DNA of 63,152 bases, the filler included, from Chiloscyllium plagiosum (taxonomy: Eukaryota): the NCBI RefSeq assembly GCF_004010195.1. It is 10 parts of 10 records of this genome, joined end to end, with 100 filler letters (N's around TTAATTAATTAA, not from the genome) between each part and the next. Parts side by side here need not be neighbours in the genome. Positions count along the whole stretch, not along the records: positions 1 to 3,133 come from NW_025188496.1; positions 3,234 to 4,285 come from NW_025120864.1; positions 4,386 to 8,571 come from NC_057746.1; positions 8,672 to 10,616 come from NW_025174983.1; positions 10,717 to 12,691 come from NW_025175505.1; 5 more parts are not named here. The stretch is one strand, 5' to 3'. Below, one piece after another: positions 1 to 11,057 of this stretch; within the stretch, counting starts at the first letter, position 1, and every line of letters begins with the position of its first letter. A model generated the notes under the pieces. It saw only the letters and a list, made by a program, of their open reading frames with translations, made no database searches and was not told where the DNA came from. A program made the translations under genes and the position numbers.

Positions 1-27
1 TTTCACTCTCAACCAAAACTGAGATAA

Positions 28-368
28 GGGAGGCGATGGCCTAATGGTGTTATTGCTGACCTGTTAATCCAGTGATCCAGATTAATGTTCTAGGGACCAG
101 GGTTAGAATCCTGCCACAGCAGATGGTGGAATTTGAATTCAATTAAAAAAAATGGAATTAAGAACCTAATGATGACCATGAAACCATCGTTGATTGTCAG
201 GAAAAAGCCATCTGATTCCCTAATGTCCTTTAGGGAAGGAAACTGCCATCCTTCCCATGTGTCACCAGACCCACAACAATCGTTGACTCTAAAATGCCCT
301 CTGAGGATTATGGATGGGCAATAAATGTTGCTGATCCAGCAATGCCCTCATTCCGTCAAGGGAAAAAG
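28..368 (+). mobile_element. tRNA-derived SINE in the J-C intron of Ck copy 1
   Basis: A/B-box-like head (GATGGCCTAATGG...GGTTAGAATCC) and A-rich end; a paralogous inverted copy lies at ~34040-34387. Confidence 0.6.
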
Positions 369-1552
369 AAGAACTGTTTATCCCATGTGTCTTCTTAACC
401 ACCTTACTGACCCGCATTCATTAATCACCATGGCCACATCTTCCACCTGCACACACATCCAACCCCAAGCTGACGAGAGACATTCCTTCATTATCTGCGA
501 AACGGACAGAAACATCAAACTAGGAGCAGCAGTAGGCCATTCGGCCCCTCAAGCCTGCTCCACCATTCAATATGATCATGGCCGATCATTCAACATTGTC
601 CCCTGTTCCTTCTTTCTCCCCTTGTTCTTTGATCCATTCAATCTTAAGAACTGTATCTAATTCCTTCTTGAACACATACCGCATCTAATTCCCTCATGCT
701 GGTAAATTGATGAGAATTATTGAGTTGTTTTTTGATACAATGATCTGTTGGGCCTTTTGGGTCTCTCTGACTCTGACTCTATTATTATATATTATGAATA
801 ACTGGGTTCCAAGGACTGATCCCTGTGGTACCCCAACTGGTAAATATCTGCCATTCAGAAAAAAAGACTCGTTCTTCCTGTCCTGTCTGCCAACCAGTTC
901 TCAATCCATGTCAGTACATGACACCCAATCCTCTTGTTTGTTGGGATTTCTTTGATTCAGTTGGACATATTTAATCCTGTCTTCACCTTCCTCAGGTCCT
1001 GTTCAATGTCACCCCTGCATTTTCGATTCTCCTCTGGGTTTTCTGCAGGTTTGAACTCCAGATAACCAACATCACCTTCCTGTTTGGTCTTCCCTACACT
1101 GGCTGCCTTTTGACATCCCAGGCTGAGAGTCTAGCTTTTATTAAATCATCGCACAGTTTAGTAAAATAGTTCATTCCCAAGTGAAAACTTTAACACTTGC
1201 TCCATTGTTCTCCATTTCCATCCCTACTCTCAATCTCACTGAGTTCTGATCACTGTCATTAAACTACTCCCCCATTGAGAGCCCTTCCAGCTGCCCATAT
1301 TCATTCCCTAAACAAGAGTCCAAAACTGTTCCTTGTCTTTCCCCATCACTTCTTGGGGTAATTAGGAATGAGAAATAAATGCAGGCCCTGCTAGTGTCAC
1401 TCACTTCCAAGAAGCAATTTAAACAGTAGCTGTTTTTTTGTCGGGTTTGTTAGGTATTGGATACAAATGTTCAAACATTTTACCAGTGAATGTTATGAGA
1501 ATTGAAGTTTCTTCAAATGGCAGGGATTAAAATTGTTTCTCTTGTCTTTCAG

Positions 1553-1880
1553 GCCGTGAGAACTCTCAGCCCAAGCTGACCCTGCTGCCCCCTCCCTGGA
1601 GCAGGTCAATGCCAAGGGCACTGCCACCCTGGTGTGCCTTGCCAATCACTTCTATCCCGATGAGCTGGAGGTGCAGTGGAAGAAGGATGGTGCAGTCATT
1701 TCGGACGGGGTTCAGACCAGCAACTACCTGCGAGCTTCGGACAGCAGCTACAGTGTCAGCAGCCTGCTGACCCTCTCTGGGTCTGTCTGGGAGTCCAACG
1801 CTCGCGTCTCCTGTGCCCTCACCCACGTGACCCTCCCCTCGCCCCTCAGCAAGAGCATCAGGAAATCAGAATGTGTGTAG
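1553..1880 (+). pseudogene. IGKC: Ig kappa-type (NS4-like) light-chain constant exon, copy 1, 1-nt frameshift
   Basis: Acceptor TCTTTCAG|GC at 1552/1553 and a C1-set translation ending KSECV*. The poly-C at 1588-1592 has 5 C instead of 6, so CGT to GTG spans 77 nt versus 78 nt in the other copies. Confidence 0.85.
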
Positions 1881-2841
1881 AGCGTTCAAGACAGTCCACA
1901 GAGGAGAGACAACTTTAAATAGAACAGTGCTGAGCTGGCAGGACAAAGGTCATTGTCAGCACTAAATGTCAACACTCCTCCTTCTCAGGACTGGCCATGG
2001 GGACACTTCTGAGGTTCAGGGGTTAAGGCAGTTCATTGGGACAGCGTAGAGAGAGCTTTATCCTATGTAAAACCTCATGCTGTCCTTGTCGTGGGAGTGT
2101 TTGACAGATCAGGGTTGACTTGTGATGTTAAGTAAAATCTCTTGAAGATGCTGAAAACTGTTAGCTGTACAAAACAATGTGAACCTCAGAAGTCTCTGCT
2201 TCAGTAAACCAGATCTCCCTCCTGCTCAGCCACCAGCACCAATTTAAGATTTTTATCACNNNNNCAAAGTCAATCAAAACAGATTAAAGTTGAAGATGAT
2301 TCAGTCTCTGTTTCTGTGTGCTTTGGAAATGGACCACTCCCTTCAGCTGAATGGATGCATTTCAGAATAGCATTGTCACAATTAGCTGTTTGGTCTGTCA
2401 ATCAGTAAGACTTTCATTGTAGTATGGACTAACGGCCAATTATCAATCATTTTCAAATGATCCCTTTGATCTGGAAACTGTGGAGGTTACAAGTTTACAA
2501 ACAGAACAGAAACTGAAAGCTGTTGGGACTCTGTAATTACAATCTGAGGCATTCCACCTTAAATCTTTTGATCCAGGCAGAGTTGCTGGGATCGTACTGT
2601 GCGCTCTCTGTTGCATGCTGGATAGTACCTGTAATGTTCTTAGGCCAGTCACTGAGAATGGAGGCTGTGTGTCTATTTGAGTGTGAGTGTGAGTGTGTAT
2701 GTATTACGTAATGCTGCCTGAGGTGTCACTGTGAGTGTGGGTGTGTTATTCAGGGACACCGACATGCAGCACTGAGTAACATGTTCACACTCAGAGAGAC
2801 ACCTCCAGGCAGCATGGACTGTGAGCATGTTACTCAGTGCT

Positions 2842-3045
2842 CAGAGAGTGTGGTGGTGGAAAAGCATAGCAGGTCAGTCAACATCCGAGGAGCAGGAGAA
2901 TCAATGCCTTCATCAGTAAAATTCCTTTATCAGGATGTCCAAAGCGTTGATTTTGCTGCCGCTCAGATGCTGCCTGACCTGCTATGCTTTTCCAGTACCA
3001 CACTCTCGACTCTAAGCTCAGCATCTGCAATCCTCACTTTTGCCT
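2842..3045. mobile_element. Palindromic non-autonomous Penelope terminal-repeat derivative
   Basis: ~2844-2905 is an inverted copy of ~2945-3007, and both match the terminal repeat at 20892/22259. Flanked by TGTTACTCAGTGCT at 2828-2841 and 3046-3059. Confidence 0.65.
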
Positions 3046-3133
3046 TGTTACTCAGTGCTGCCTGGCACTCTGAGTGTGTGTGTTACTCAGTGTTGCCTCG
3101 AGATATCTCTCTGAGTGTGTGTGTTATTCTTTA

Positions 3134-3233
3134 NNNNNNNNNNNNNNNNNNNNNNNNNNNNNNNNNNNNNNNNNNNNTTAATTAATTAANNNNNNNNNNN
3201 NNNNNNNNNNNNNNNNNNNNNNNNNNNNNNNNN
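3134..3233. other. Artificial contig linker 44N-TTAATTAATTAA-44N (also 4286-4385, 8572-8671, 10617-10716, 12692-12791, 25258-25357, 27588-27687, 31597-31696, 40284-40383)
   Basis: The same 100-bp N-padded 12-mer with stops in all six frames occurs nine times. Confidence 0.97.
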
Positions 3234-3601
3234 CAGCCACAATGGAGCTTGAGGAAAACACTTGTGCAGATTTTCTCAATAACCTAAGAATCCTGTTCCT
3301 TTAAACAGTGACAAAACCTTAAATTAGAACTGACGGCTGAGCAGGAAGGAGAGCTGGTTTACTGAAGCAGAGACTTCTGAGGTTCACATTGTTTTTGTAC
3401 AGCTGACAGTCTTCAGCATTTTCAATAGGTTTGACTTGGCATCACAGGTCATCACTGCCCCAATCAAACACTCCCAGAACAGGGTCAGCATGGAGTCTGA
3501 TACAGAGTAAAGCTTCTTTTTGATGATCCCAATGACCTGCCTTAACCCTTGAACCTCAGAAGCGTCTCCAAGCCAATCCCAAGAAGGAAGAGAGTTGAAA
3601 T

Positions 3602-4011
3602 TCAGTGCTGACAATTACCTTTGCCCTGCCAGCTCAGCCCTGTTCGATTTAAAGTTGTGTCTCCTCTGTGGACTGTCTCAAACATTCTACATTCTGATCT
3701 CCTGATGCTCTTGCTGAGGGGAGAGGGGAGGGTCACGTGGGTGAGGGCACAGGAGAAGCAAGTGTTGGACTCCCAGTCAGACCCAGAGAGTGTCAGCAGG
3801 CTACTGACACTGTAGGTGCTGTCCGAAGCTCGCAGGTAGTTGCTGGTCTGAACCCCGTCCAAAATGACTGCACCGTCCTTCTTCCACTGCACCTCCAGCT
3901 CATCGGGATAGAAGTGATTGGCAAGGCACACCAGGGTGGCAGTGCCCTTGGCATTGACCTGCTCCGGGGAGGGGGGCAGCAGGGTCAGCTTGGGCTGAGC
4001 GTTCTCACGGC
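3602..4011 (-). CDS. IGKC: Ig kappa constant exon, copy 2, stop lost and C-terminus extended
   Basis: Intact acceptor, open frame RENAQPKLTLLPP...RSEC; a 4-nt deletion turns TGT GTG TAG into TGT AGA, giving 28 residues after the Cys. Confidence 0.8.
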
Positions 4012-4385
4012 CTGAAAGACAAGAGAAGCAATTTTAATCCCTGCCTTATGAAGGGATTTTAACTCTCCGAACATGAACTGGCAAAACAATCCATTTTGAA
4101 CATTTGTTGCCAACTCCTAACAAACCCCATAAAAGAACAGACATTGTTTAAAGTGCATCTTGGGATGTGGGTGTCACTGGCAGGGCCAGCATTTATTGCC
4201 CATCTCTAATTGCCCCTGAGAAGGTGATGGTGAAAGAGAAGGGACAGTGTTAGACCATCGTTTATGGAATGAATGTGGGCAGCTGNNNNNNNNNNNNNNN
4301 NNNNNNNNNNNNNNNNNNNNNNNNNNNNNTTAATTAATTAANNNNNNNNNNNNNNNNNNNNNNNNNNNNNNNNNNNNNNNNNNNN

Positions 4386-4550
4386 GGGAATGAGGGTGTC
4401 AGATTGGGATTGGGGTAATGAGGGGGTCAGATTGGGATTGGGGGGAATGAGGGTGTCAGATTGGGATTGGGGGGAATGAGGGGGGAGATTGGGACTGGGG
4501 GAATGAGGGGGTCAGATTGGAATTGGAGGGAATGACGGGGTCACATGGGG
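4386..4550 (+). repeat. G-rich minisatellite, ~28-29 bp unit, ~5.5 copies
   Basis: AATGAGGGKGTCAGATTGGGATTGGGG repeated from the contig edge. Confidence 0.9.
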
Positions 4551-4920
4551 TCCTGTTGATGATGTTTTGATGGCTCTCACTGCCAATACCTTTCCCTCCT
4601 ATTTATTTCAGAGCTGAGTATTCCACCTGGAACTCTGGACACCCCTCCCCACTCCGAGACTGTCCCAGTCTGAACTAACATCGCCCAATAATCAAAATCC
4701 GGGGAAGTAATTCCTGAATGTCCTACAGTTTCCAACCAGAGGGAGTTGTCTTTGTGGTTGACTGGAACATTAAGCCCTGGGCAATGTGCCTTATTAACTA
4801 ACAGTGATGCACTATCCCACTGAGCACTCAGTGTTTGTGTCTGCATCAGTAATCTCGGGGAAAAGTCCCTACGTGCAGGTTTCGTTCAGCTTCCTCACTC
4901 TGTGTGTCCAATCAGACACT

Positions 4921-5042
4921 GGGGCAGTGTCTGTGGCACAGTGGTAGTGTCCCTATCTCTGAGTCAGGAAGCCTGAGTTTAAGTCCCACTTGCTTCAGAT
5001 GTGTGTCATAGCATCTTTGAACAGATTCAGATGAAAATATCT
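4921..5042 (+). mobile_element. Short tRNA-derived SINE head
   Basis: GTGGCACAGTGGTAG ... GAGTTTAAGTCCC resemble Pol III A and B boxes. Confidence 0.5.
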
Positions 5043-5319
5043 CCAAAGATCAGATTACAGTCAGGCTCCCAGAATCACTAAACAATCGTGTGTTCGCGTG
5101 GTCAGTTCAAATTTCACTCAAATCGATATGCGTCATTTTATCAGATGGACGTGATTTCCATCAAGTGGGTGTGTTCTTATCATTCTGTTCAGTTCCCTCA
5201 AGTTGTAAATCCTCCCAGGAGCGACCGAACCTGGTTCAATGCAGAATAACGTTTGAGGAACAAGTCAGCAGAGGCGTGTCCAGGTACAGCAGATAAACAT
5301 CCAGTGCAGGGTCCCCTCC

Positions 5320-6000
5320 GAGGAGTGAGAGCTCAGGTTTCCTTATCCAGGAGGTGCCCAGGGAGGGCTCGATGATCAGCGGCCTGAACAAAGAAGATGG
5401 CTCAGCTCACACCATCTCAGTCTGACATCCTGAGCATGAGCAAAGCCTTTTCTACCAGACTGTAGGACACAAAGCTCACCGACAGCACAGCCTCCCAGTC
5501 ATTCCTGTCCTCTCTATTACAGAGGTCTGAGACAATGTGGGAGAGGCTGGACCAACAGTTATCTCTGAATGAGCTGACAGAGACCCTCAAGTCCTTAGAG
5601 TAAACATCCTGGAAGAGATGGCTTACCAGCCGAGTTATATTGAGTTCTGGCCTTGATTGGCCAGGACCTGCTGGAGGTGTCTGACTGTCTGCTTCTAGCA
5701 GGTACCATGAGTGAATCTATGAGGAAAGGCATCATCACCCTCATCTGCCAGTGAAAGGGGGAAAGGGAGGAAGGTAATGAACAACTTCACTTCAAGCAGA
5801 TTACAAAATCTGCTCTGGGATTGGTGATTCACCCCGGCTAACCCTGTGCTGTAGCGGGCAGGGTTATCCCAGAGAGTCTCAGGCTCCTCAGGGATAGTCA
5901 CCTACGTGCAGGACAGGGGGGTGGGCACCATGTCCAGGAGAAGGTCTTCAACAGGATATCACACACCTACATGTGGGATATACTCTCGGAAATGGCCTTT
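5320..6000 (+). mobile_element. Degenerate Tx1/L1-clade LINE ORF2 fragment
   Basis: Broken frames give LSLNELTETLKS, PGRDGLPAELY and MRKGIITLI, typical of the region just before the L1/Tx1 RT. Confidence 0.7.
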
Positions 6001-6071
6001 AGGACAGGAACCTTTCAGGTGGACCGCCCTGCCTGCCAGTTTAGTTAACTCAGCCACATTCGGGGCATTTT

Positions 6072-6363
6072 GGGCAGCACTGCTGCCTCACAGCGCCAGA
6101 GACCCGGGTTCAATTCCCGCCTCAGGCGACTGTGTGGAGTTTGCACATTCTCCCAGTGTCTGCGTGGGTTTCCTCCGGGTGCTCCGGTTTCCTCCCACAG
6201 TCCAAAGATGTGCAGGGTCAGGTGAATTGGCTATGCTAAATTACCCGTAGTGTTAGGTAAGGGGTAAATGTAGGGGTATGGGTGGGTTGCGCTTCGGCGG
6301 GTCGGTGTGGACTTGTTGGGCCGAAGGGCCTGTTTCCACACTAAGTAATCTAATCTAATCTAA
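6072..6363 (+). mobile_element. HE1-like SINE (elasmobranch V-SINE)
   Basis: GGGTTCAATTCCC B box, V-domain TGTGTGGAGTTTGCACATTCTCCC and (TAATC)n tail. Confidence 0.85.
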
Positions 6364-6419
6364 ACAGTCCTTGGATAAGCATGTGGATGATGATGGGGTA
6401 GTGTAGGGGGTAGGCTTCT

Positions 6420-6803
6420 GGATATGTTCTGTCTGCTGTTTGGGTTTGTTGCTGAGAAATCAGCAGACTGTGTTCATTGGGTACCCGTTCTTTACGAACA
6501 CACGGTATCAGTGATTTTCCTCTGCTCTGTGTAGTTCCTCTGTGCTGCAGTGTGCGTTGGCTCATTGAAATAATGTTCTGATGCAGCTTCGTTTGTGGGT
6601 GTTGGGGTGATTGTTTCTGTAGTTCAGTATTTGGTCCGTGTGTGTTGTTTTCCTGTAGACGCTGGTTAGAAGGTCCCCATTAACTGTTCGCTCTGGTATG
6701 ACATCTCGGAATAGCAGTTTGTTGTTGCTTTCCTGCTTTTTAGTGAATTTTATGCCAGTAAAGGTATTATTGATGGTCTTGAAGGTTTCCTCTAATTTGT
6801 TTC
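6420..6803 (-). mobile_element. Penelope-like RT C-terminal/thumb fragment
   Basis: Minus frame GIKFTKKQESNNKLLFRDV...TSVYRKTTHTDQILNYRNNHPNTHKRSCIRTL...KNGYP, with internal stops. Confidence 0.8.
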
Positions 6804-7324
6804 TACGTCAATTTTGTGAATAAAGTATATTTTTGAGACAAAAAAAAATGACCTGTTGTACTTCCCACAGATGCTGAGTTTCTCCAGGACTCTGTTAGAT
6901 TCAGCTCTTTGTTTTAAATCCGGAGATGATTTTGGAAGGTCGTGTTTGTCCAGGACCGACCCAATTCCCTCAAAATCAGATGGAGGAGCACAGGCCTCAC
7001 TCACAGCAGTGTGGACCATAACCGTTAGCTGTGCTCTCTGCTGCTTTCCCACTGATTTCTCTGCATTGTGAAAACTTTCACTTTTATTATTTTCAACAAG
7101 CATTGTCTTTATGTTTCAGAGAGAGAGAGAAACCAAAACCAACGCAAACCAGTAATAGTTTCAGTCTGGGATCTGACTTATTCACGAATAACCTCAGCTG
7201 TGATCAGCCCCAGCCATCCCTCTCAATCCTGGAAATGGGCTGCACAGTTTTGAGGGAACATTAATCATAACAGAGTCTTACCCCTGGCATCAGGGAGGGA
7301 AACATACCATCCTGGATTCTTTTT

Positions 7325-7652
7325 AGAATCACAAAAACCCTGCGGTGTGGAAACAGGCCTTTAGGCCCAACAGATCCACACCGACCCTCTGAAGAGTAAC
7401 CCCCACCCACAGCCAGACCCATTCCCCAACCCTATTATCTTACATTTACCCCTGACGAATGTAACCGACACATCCCTGCACCCTCTGGCCAATTCAGCTA
7501 ACCTGCACAACTGTGGATTGTGGGAGGGAACCCGCGCAGACACGGGGAGAATGTGCAAACTCCACACAAACTCCAGCCTGAGGCTGGAGTCGAACCTGGG
7601 TTCCTGGCGCTGGGAGGTAGCAGAGCTCACCACTGAGCCACTGTGCTGCCCC
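7325..7652 (-). mobile_element. HE1-like SINE, degenerate
   Basis: Reverse-complement match to the 6072 and 35063 copies. Confidence 0.8.
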
Positions 7653-8688
7653 AATTATGCTCAGAGTTAAGGCTGAACTGGGCAGAATGTGGTACGTTGG
7701 AAAATGAACATAGGGAAGAAATCAGACCCTAGCACATGGGGAATATCGGCGGGATAAAGGCTGGAGCTACATCAAACTAAAGGTTAAAGTTCTGGTTACA
7801 GCAAACCTTTGGGAAGCAGAGACACAGCGATTGGAAATCTGGGCAATACCTTGTTACAGATTGTAACTCCCCTCACCCTGAGGTACAACACTAACAGAGA
7901 CACAGTGTGGAGTCCCCAAATCTCATTTATTGGCAAATCGAGAAATGTAAAAATTACAGAGACAGAATTGTGTTTGCAAAGTATAACAAAGCGTCCCGTC
8001 TTCAACCACCTGCAAAAAAAAAATAAATCTGATCATTCCTCCCCCCACCCCCCATATCAACAAGCACTTCCCTCTGATCCTGAATGGTCACACAAAGCAG
8101 GCCCCCCCCCCGTATCTGTAGCCCCCACCGACTGGGACTGAAGGTCTCTGGAATCAGGCCCACACACCCTCCCCTCGACTCTCTGGGGGACTGGCTGGTG
8201 GGAGGGGCCATCCCTGTGGACCCCAGAGTCTGTCAGGGGCCAGTCGGACTGAGTGGGTGTGAACGTCCCGCACCAGGGAATGTGTCCGACACAGCAGCCA
8301 GACTGTAAGTGAGTGAGTGAGTGAGTGAGGGAGGGAGTGAGGGAGTGAGTGAGCTGGAGCTGAGAGTCATTCTCCCACGGAGACCCTTCCCTTCAGCCCA
8401 GTCACAATGAGGGGGCTTCACCCATTAAAATACAACATTGAAAACAAGCCTCAGGCTGAAGTGACTGAGTTCAGCTGCATCCCACAGTCAGTACAAAGAT
8501 CAGTGCAAATCAAAGCTTAAATCAGCAGGAGCAAACATTGAGAATCAAGGTTCCCTCACCCTCTTACAGGANNNNNNNNNNNNNNNNNNNNNNNNNNNNN
8601 NNNNNNNNNNNNNNNTTAATTAATTAANNNNNNNNNNNNNNNNNNNNNNNNNNNNNNNNNNNNNNNNNNNNGCAGCACGGCACCTAGT

Positions 8689-9005
8689 GGGGCAGCACGC
8701 TGGTTTCGTGGTTAGTGCTGCTGCCTCACAGTGCTAGGGACTCGGGTTCCATTCCAGCCTCGGGTGACTGTCTGTGTGGAGTTGGCACTTTCTCCCCACG
8801 TCTGTGTGCATTTCTTCCCACACTCCAAAGATGTGTAAGTTGGGGGAATTGTAAATGTTGTGTTCAGTGATTGGGAGGTTAGCTGCATTAGTCAGGGTTA
8901 ACTGTAGCATAATAGGGTAGGGGAATGGGTCTGGATGCGTTACTTTTCAGAGGGTGGGTGTGGACTTGTTGGGCCAAATGGCCTGTTTGCACACACTGTA
9001 GAATT
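8689..9005 (+). mobile_element. HE1-like SINE, degenerate, upstream of Cmu1
   Basis: Head, V-domain and GTGGACTTGTTGGGCC tail are recognisable. Confidence 0.8.
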
Positions 9006-9309
9006 TCGATGAATCTGCATTTCCTTGGTTTGTATTTTGTGAAACGTCTCTGCTCTTCACAGCAATCCAGTGAAAGTGTCAGTTGGTGAGATCTTCAATC
9101 AGATACTGGTGTGGGATAAGGATGTTCTTCTTCCTTAATTATGGTAATGGTCAAGGTAGAGGGCCAGCAATTGGTAGGAAACAAAAATAAACTCCAGTTA
9201 TGCTGTAAACTTCAGCGGGTGCATACTGGCAAACGTTTACAGATGAGGATACATTTGATAAGGTCAAATTAACAGAAACTAACATGCTCAATTGGTCATT
9301 CTATTGTAG

Positions 9310-9615
9310 AGACACCATCTCCCCCCACGCTTTATGGCCTGGTCTCCTCCTGTCAGGAGCACAACACCGGTTCTGTGATCTTTGGTTGTTTGGCGATGGA
9401 CTATTCCCCTGACGTCACCAAGGTAACCTGGAAGAAAGGTGAGGAGCTGATCACGACTGGATTGAAGACTTACCCATCAGTGAGAAACAAGAAGGGAACC
9501 TACACCCTGAGCAGCCAGTTAACCCTGCCTGGGTCAGTGGTAGATTGCCCCAGTGAAATCTACTGTGAGGTTCAACACAGCGGGTCACACAAGAGCAAAG
9601 AAATGCCAAGTGTTG
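9310..9615 (+). CDS. IGHM: IgM heavy-chain Cmu1 exon
   Basis: TTGTAG| phase-1 acceptor; [34 protein letters not shown]...[17 protein letters not shown]...YCEVQHSGS matches shark IgM CH1; donor G|GTAAGT. Confidence 0.9.
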
Positions 9616-9694
9616 GTAAGTGTTGTGGGAACTGAGATAAACAGAGCATCTGTGGATTTACATGAATAAGGCATTATTTATAACCGTTTTCACA

Positions 9695-10616
9695 GAATCA
9701 CCTTATATAGCACAGGAAAAAGTCCCTTTGATCCATCCAATTCACGCCTATCAATAACAGCCACCTAACTATTCCAGTCTCATGTGCCAGCACATGATCC
9801 ATTGCCTTGTGTGACTTGCCCTTGCAAGGATACTTCATACCTATTATGAGGCGCTCAGTCTCTACATGACTTATAGGTGCTGAGCTCCAGGCTAACACCA
9901 CCCTCTGTTTGATTTTGTTTTCCCCTGAGATCCACTTGGAACCTCCTGGCCTTACCTTCACCCTGTGCCCCTGAGGCATTGATCTCTCCATCAAGGGGAA
10001 AGATTTCATCCAGTTTACCCTGTCTATGCCGAAAAAAATTCTAGACATCATGATAATCTTCTCCCTAATTCTCCTCTGCTCCAAGGAAAACCCCTGTCTA
10101 TCTAAACTAGTTTCATAATTAAAACCCTCCAACCCAGGCAAGACCCTGGCAATTCTCAGGAATACTGCCTTCAGTGCAATCACATTCCTTCGATAACATG
10201 CACACAACGCTTCAGTATGGCCTAACCATCTCACCACTCTTCATTGTCAATGTCTAGGCTAATAAAAGCAAATATCCTCCCACTTTCTTAGTCTCTTTAT
10301 CCAGACGACACAGTACTATAGGGGATCGGTGGGTACATGCACCAAAGATCCTCAGGCCTTTCCAGGGTTCCACCATTCAAAACGTCATACCTGACAGATT
10401 CTTCTGCCGAATTACATCACCTTACATTTATTCAGAATAATTTCCATTTGCAACTTTTCTCTTCACATACAACCAACCCTTTTATATCCTCCTGCAATCT
10501 AAAGCCATTATGCTCATGACTTACTACCATGACAGTTTTCATTTCATCTGTGAATTCACTGGTTAATCCTCCTAAATTTGAGCCTCAATCATTGGTATGT
10601 AAGAGAAATAGCAAGG
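9695..10616 (-). mobile_element. Old CR1 LINE 3' portion in the intron after Cmu1
   Basis: The ORF 9698-10237 translation resembles the CR1 ORF2 C-terminus (LPGLEGFNYE, FSLEQRRIR). Confidence 0.65.
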
Positions 10617-10736
10617 NNNNNNNNNNNNNNNNNNNNNNNNNNNNNNNNNNNNNNNNNNNNTTAATTAATTAANNNNNNNNNNNNNNNNNNNNNNNNNNNN
10701 NNNNNNNNNNNNNNNNTGTTCTATGTTCTATGTTCT

Positions 10737-11057
10737 AACACTCAGCCCAAGCTAACCCTGCTGCCCCCCTCCCCGGAGCAAGTCAATGCCAAGGGCACTG
10801 CCACCCTCGTGTGTCTTGCCAATCACTTCTATCCCGATGAGCTGGAGGTGCAGTGGAAGAAGGATGGTGCAGTCATTTCCGATGGAGTTCAGACCAGCAA
10901 CTACCTGAGAGCTTCGGACAGCACCTACAGTGTCAGCAGCCTGCTGACCCTCTCTGGGTCTGACAGGGAGTCCAACGCTCGCTTCTCCTGTGCCCTCACC
11001 CGTGTGACCCTCCCCTCTCCCCTCAGCAAGAGCATCAGGAGTGTAGAATGTGTGTAG
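10737..11057 (+). pseudogene. IGKC: Ig kappa constant exon, copy 3, separated from its acceptor
   Basis: Starts at AAC ACT CAG CCC directly after (CTATGTT)n, with no acceptor visible; W>R (DRES) and H>R (LTRV) substitutions; shortened 3' flank with AATAAA at 11173-11178. Confidence 0.8.

Noticed and set aside
1566-1826. Recurrent antisense ORFs (MGEGTG..., MPCQLS...) at each Ck copy
   Set aside because: Shadow frames of the duplicated Ck exon
3178-3189. Recurring TTAATTAATTAA palindrome
   Set aside because: Always centred in exactly 100 bp of N padding, so it is an assembly linker rather than biology
8676-8692. CTCF-like CCACTAGGTGCCG upstream of Cmu1
   Set aside because: Mismatch in the core, and it sits at a contig edge abutting a SINE head
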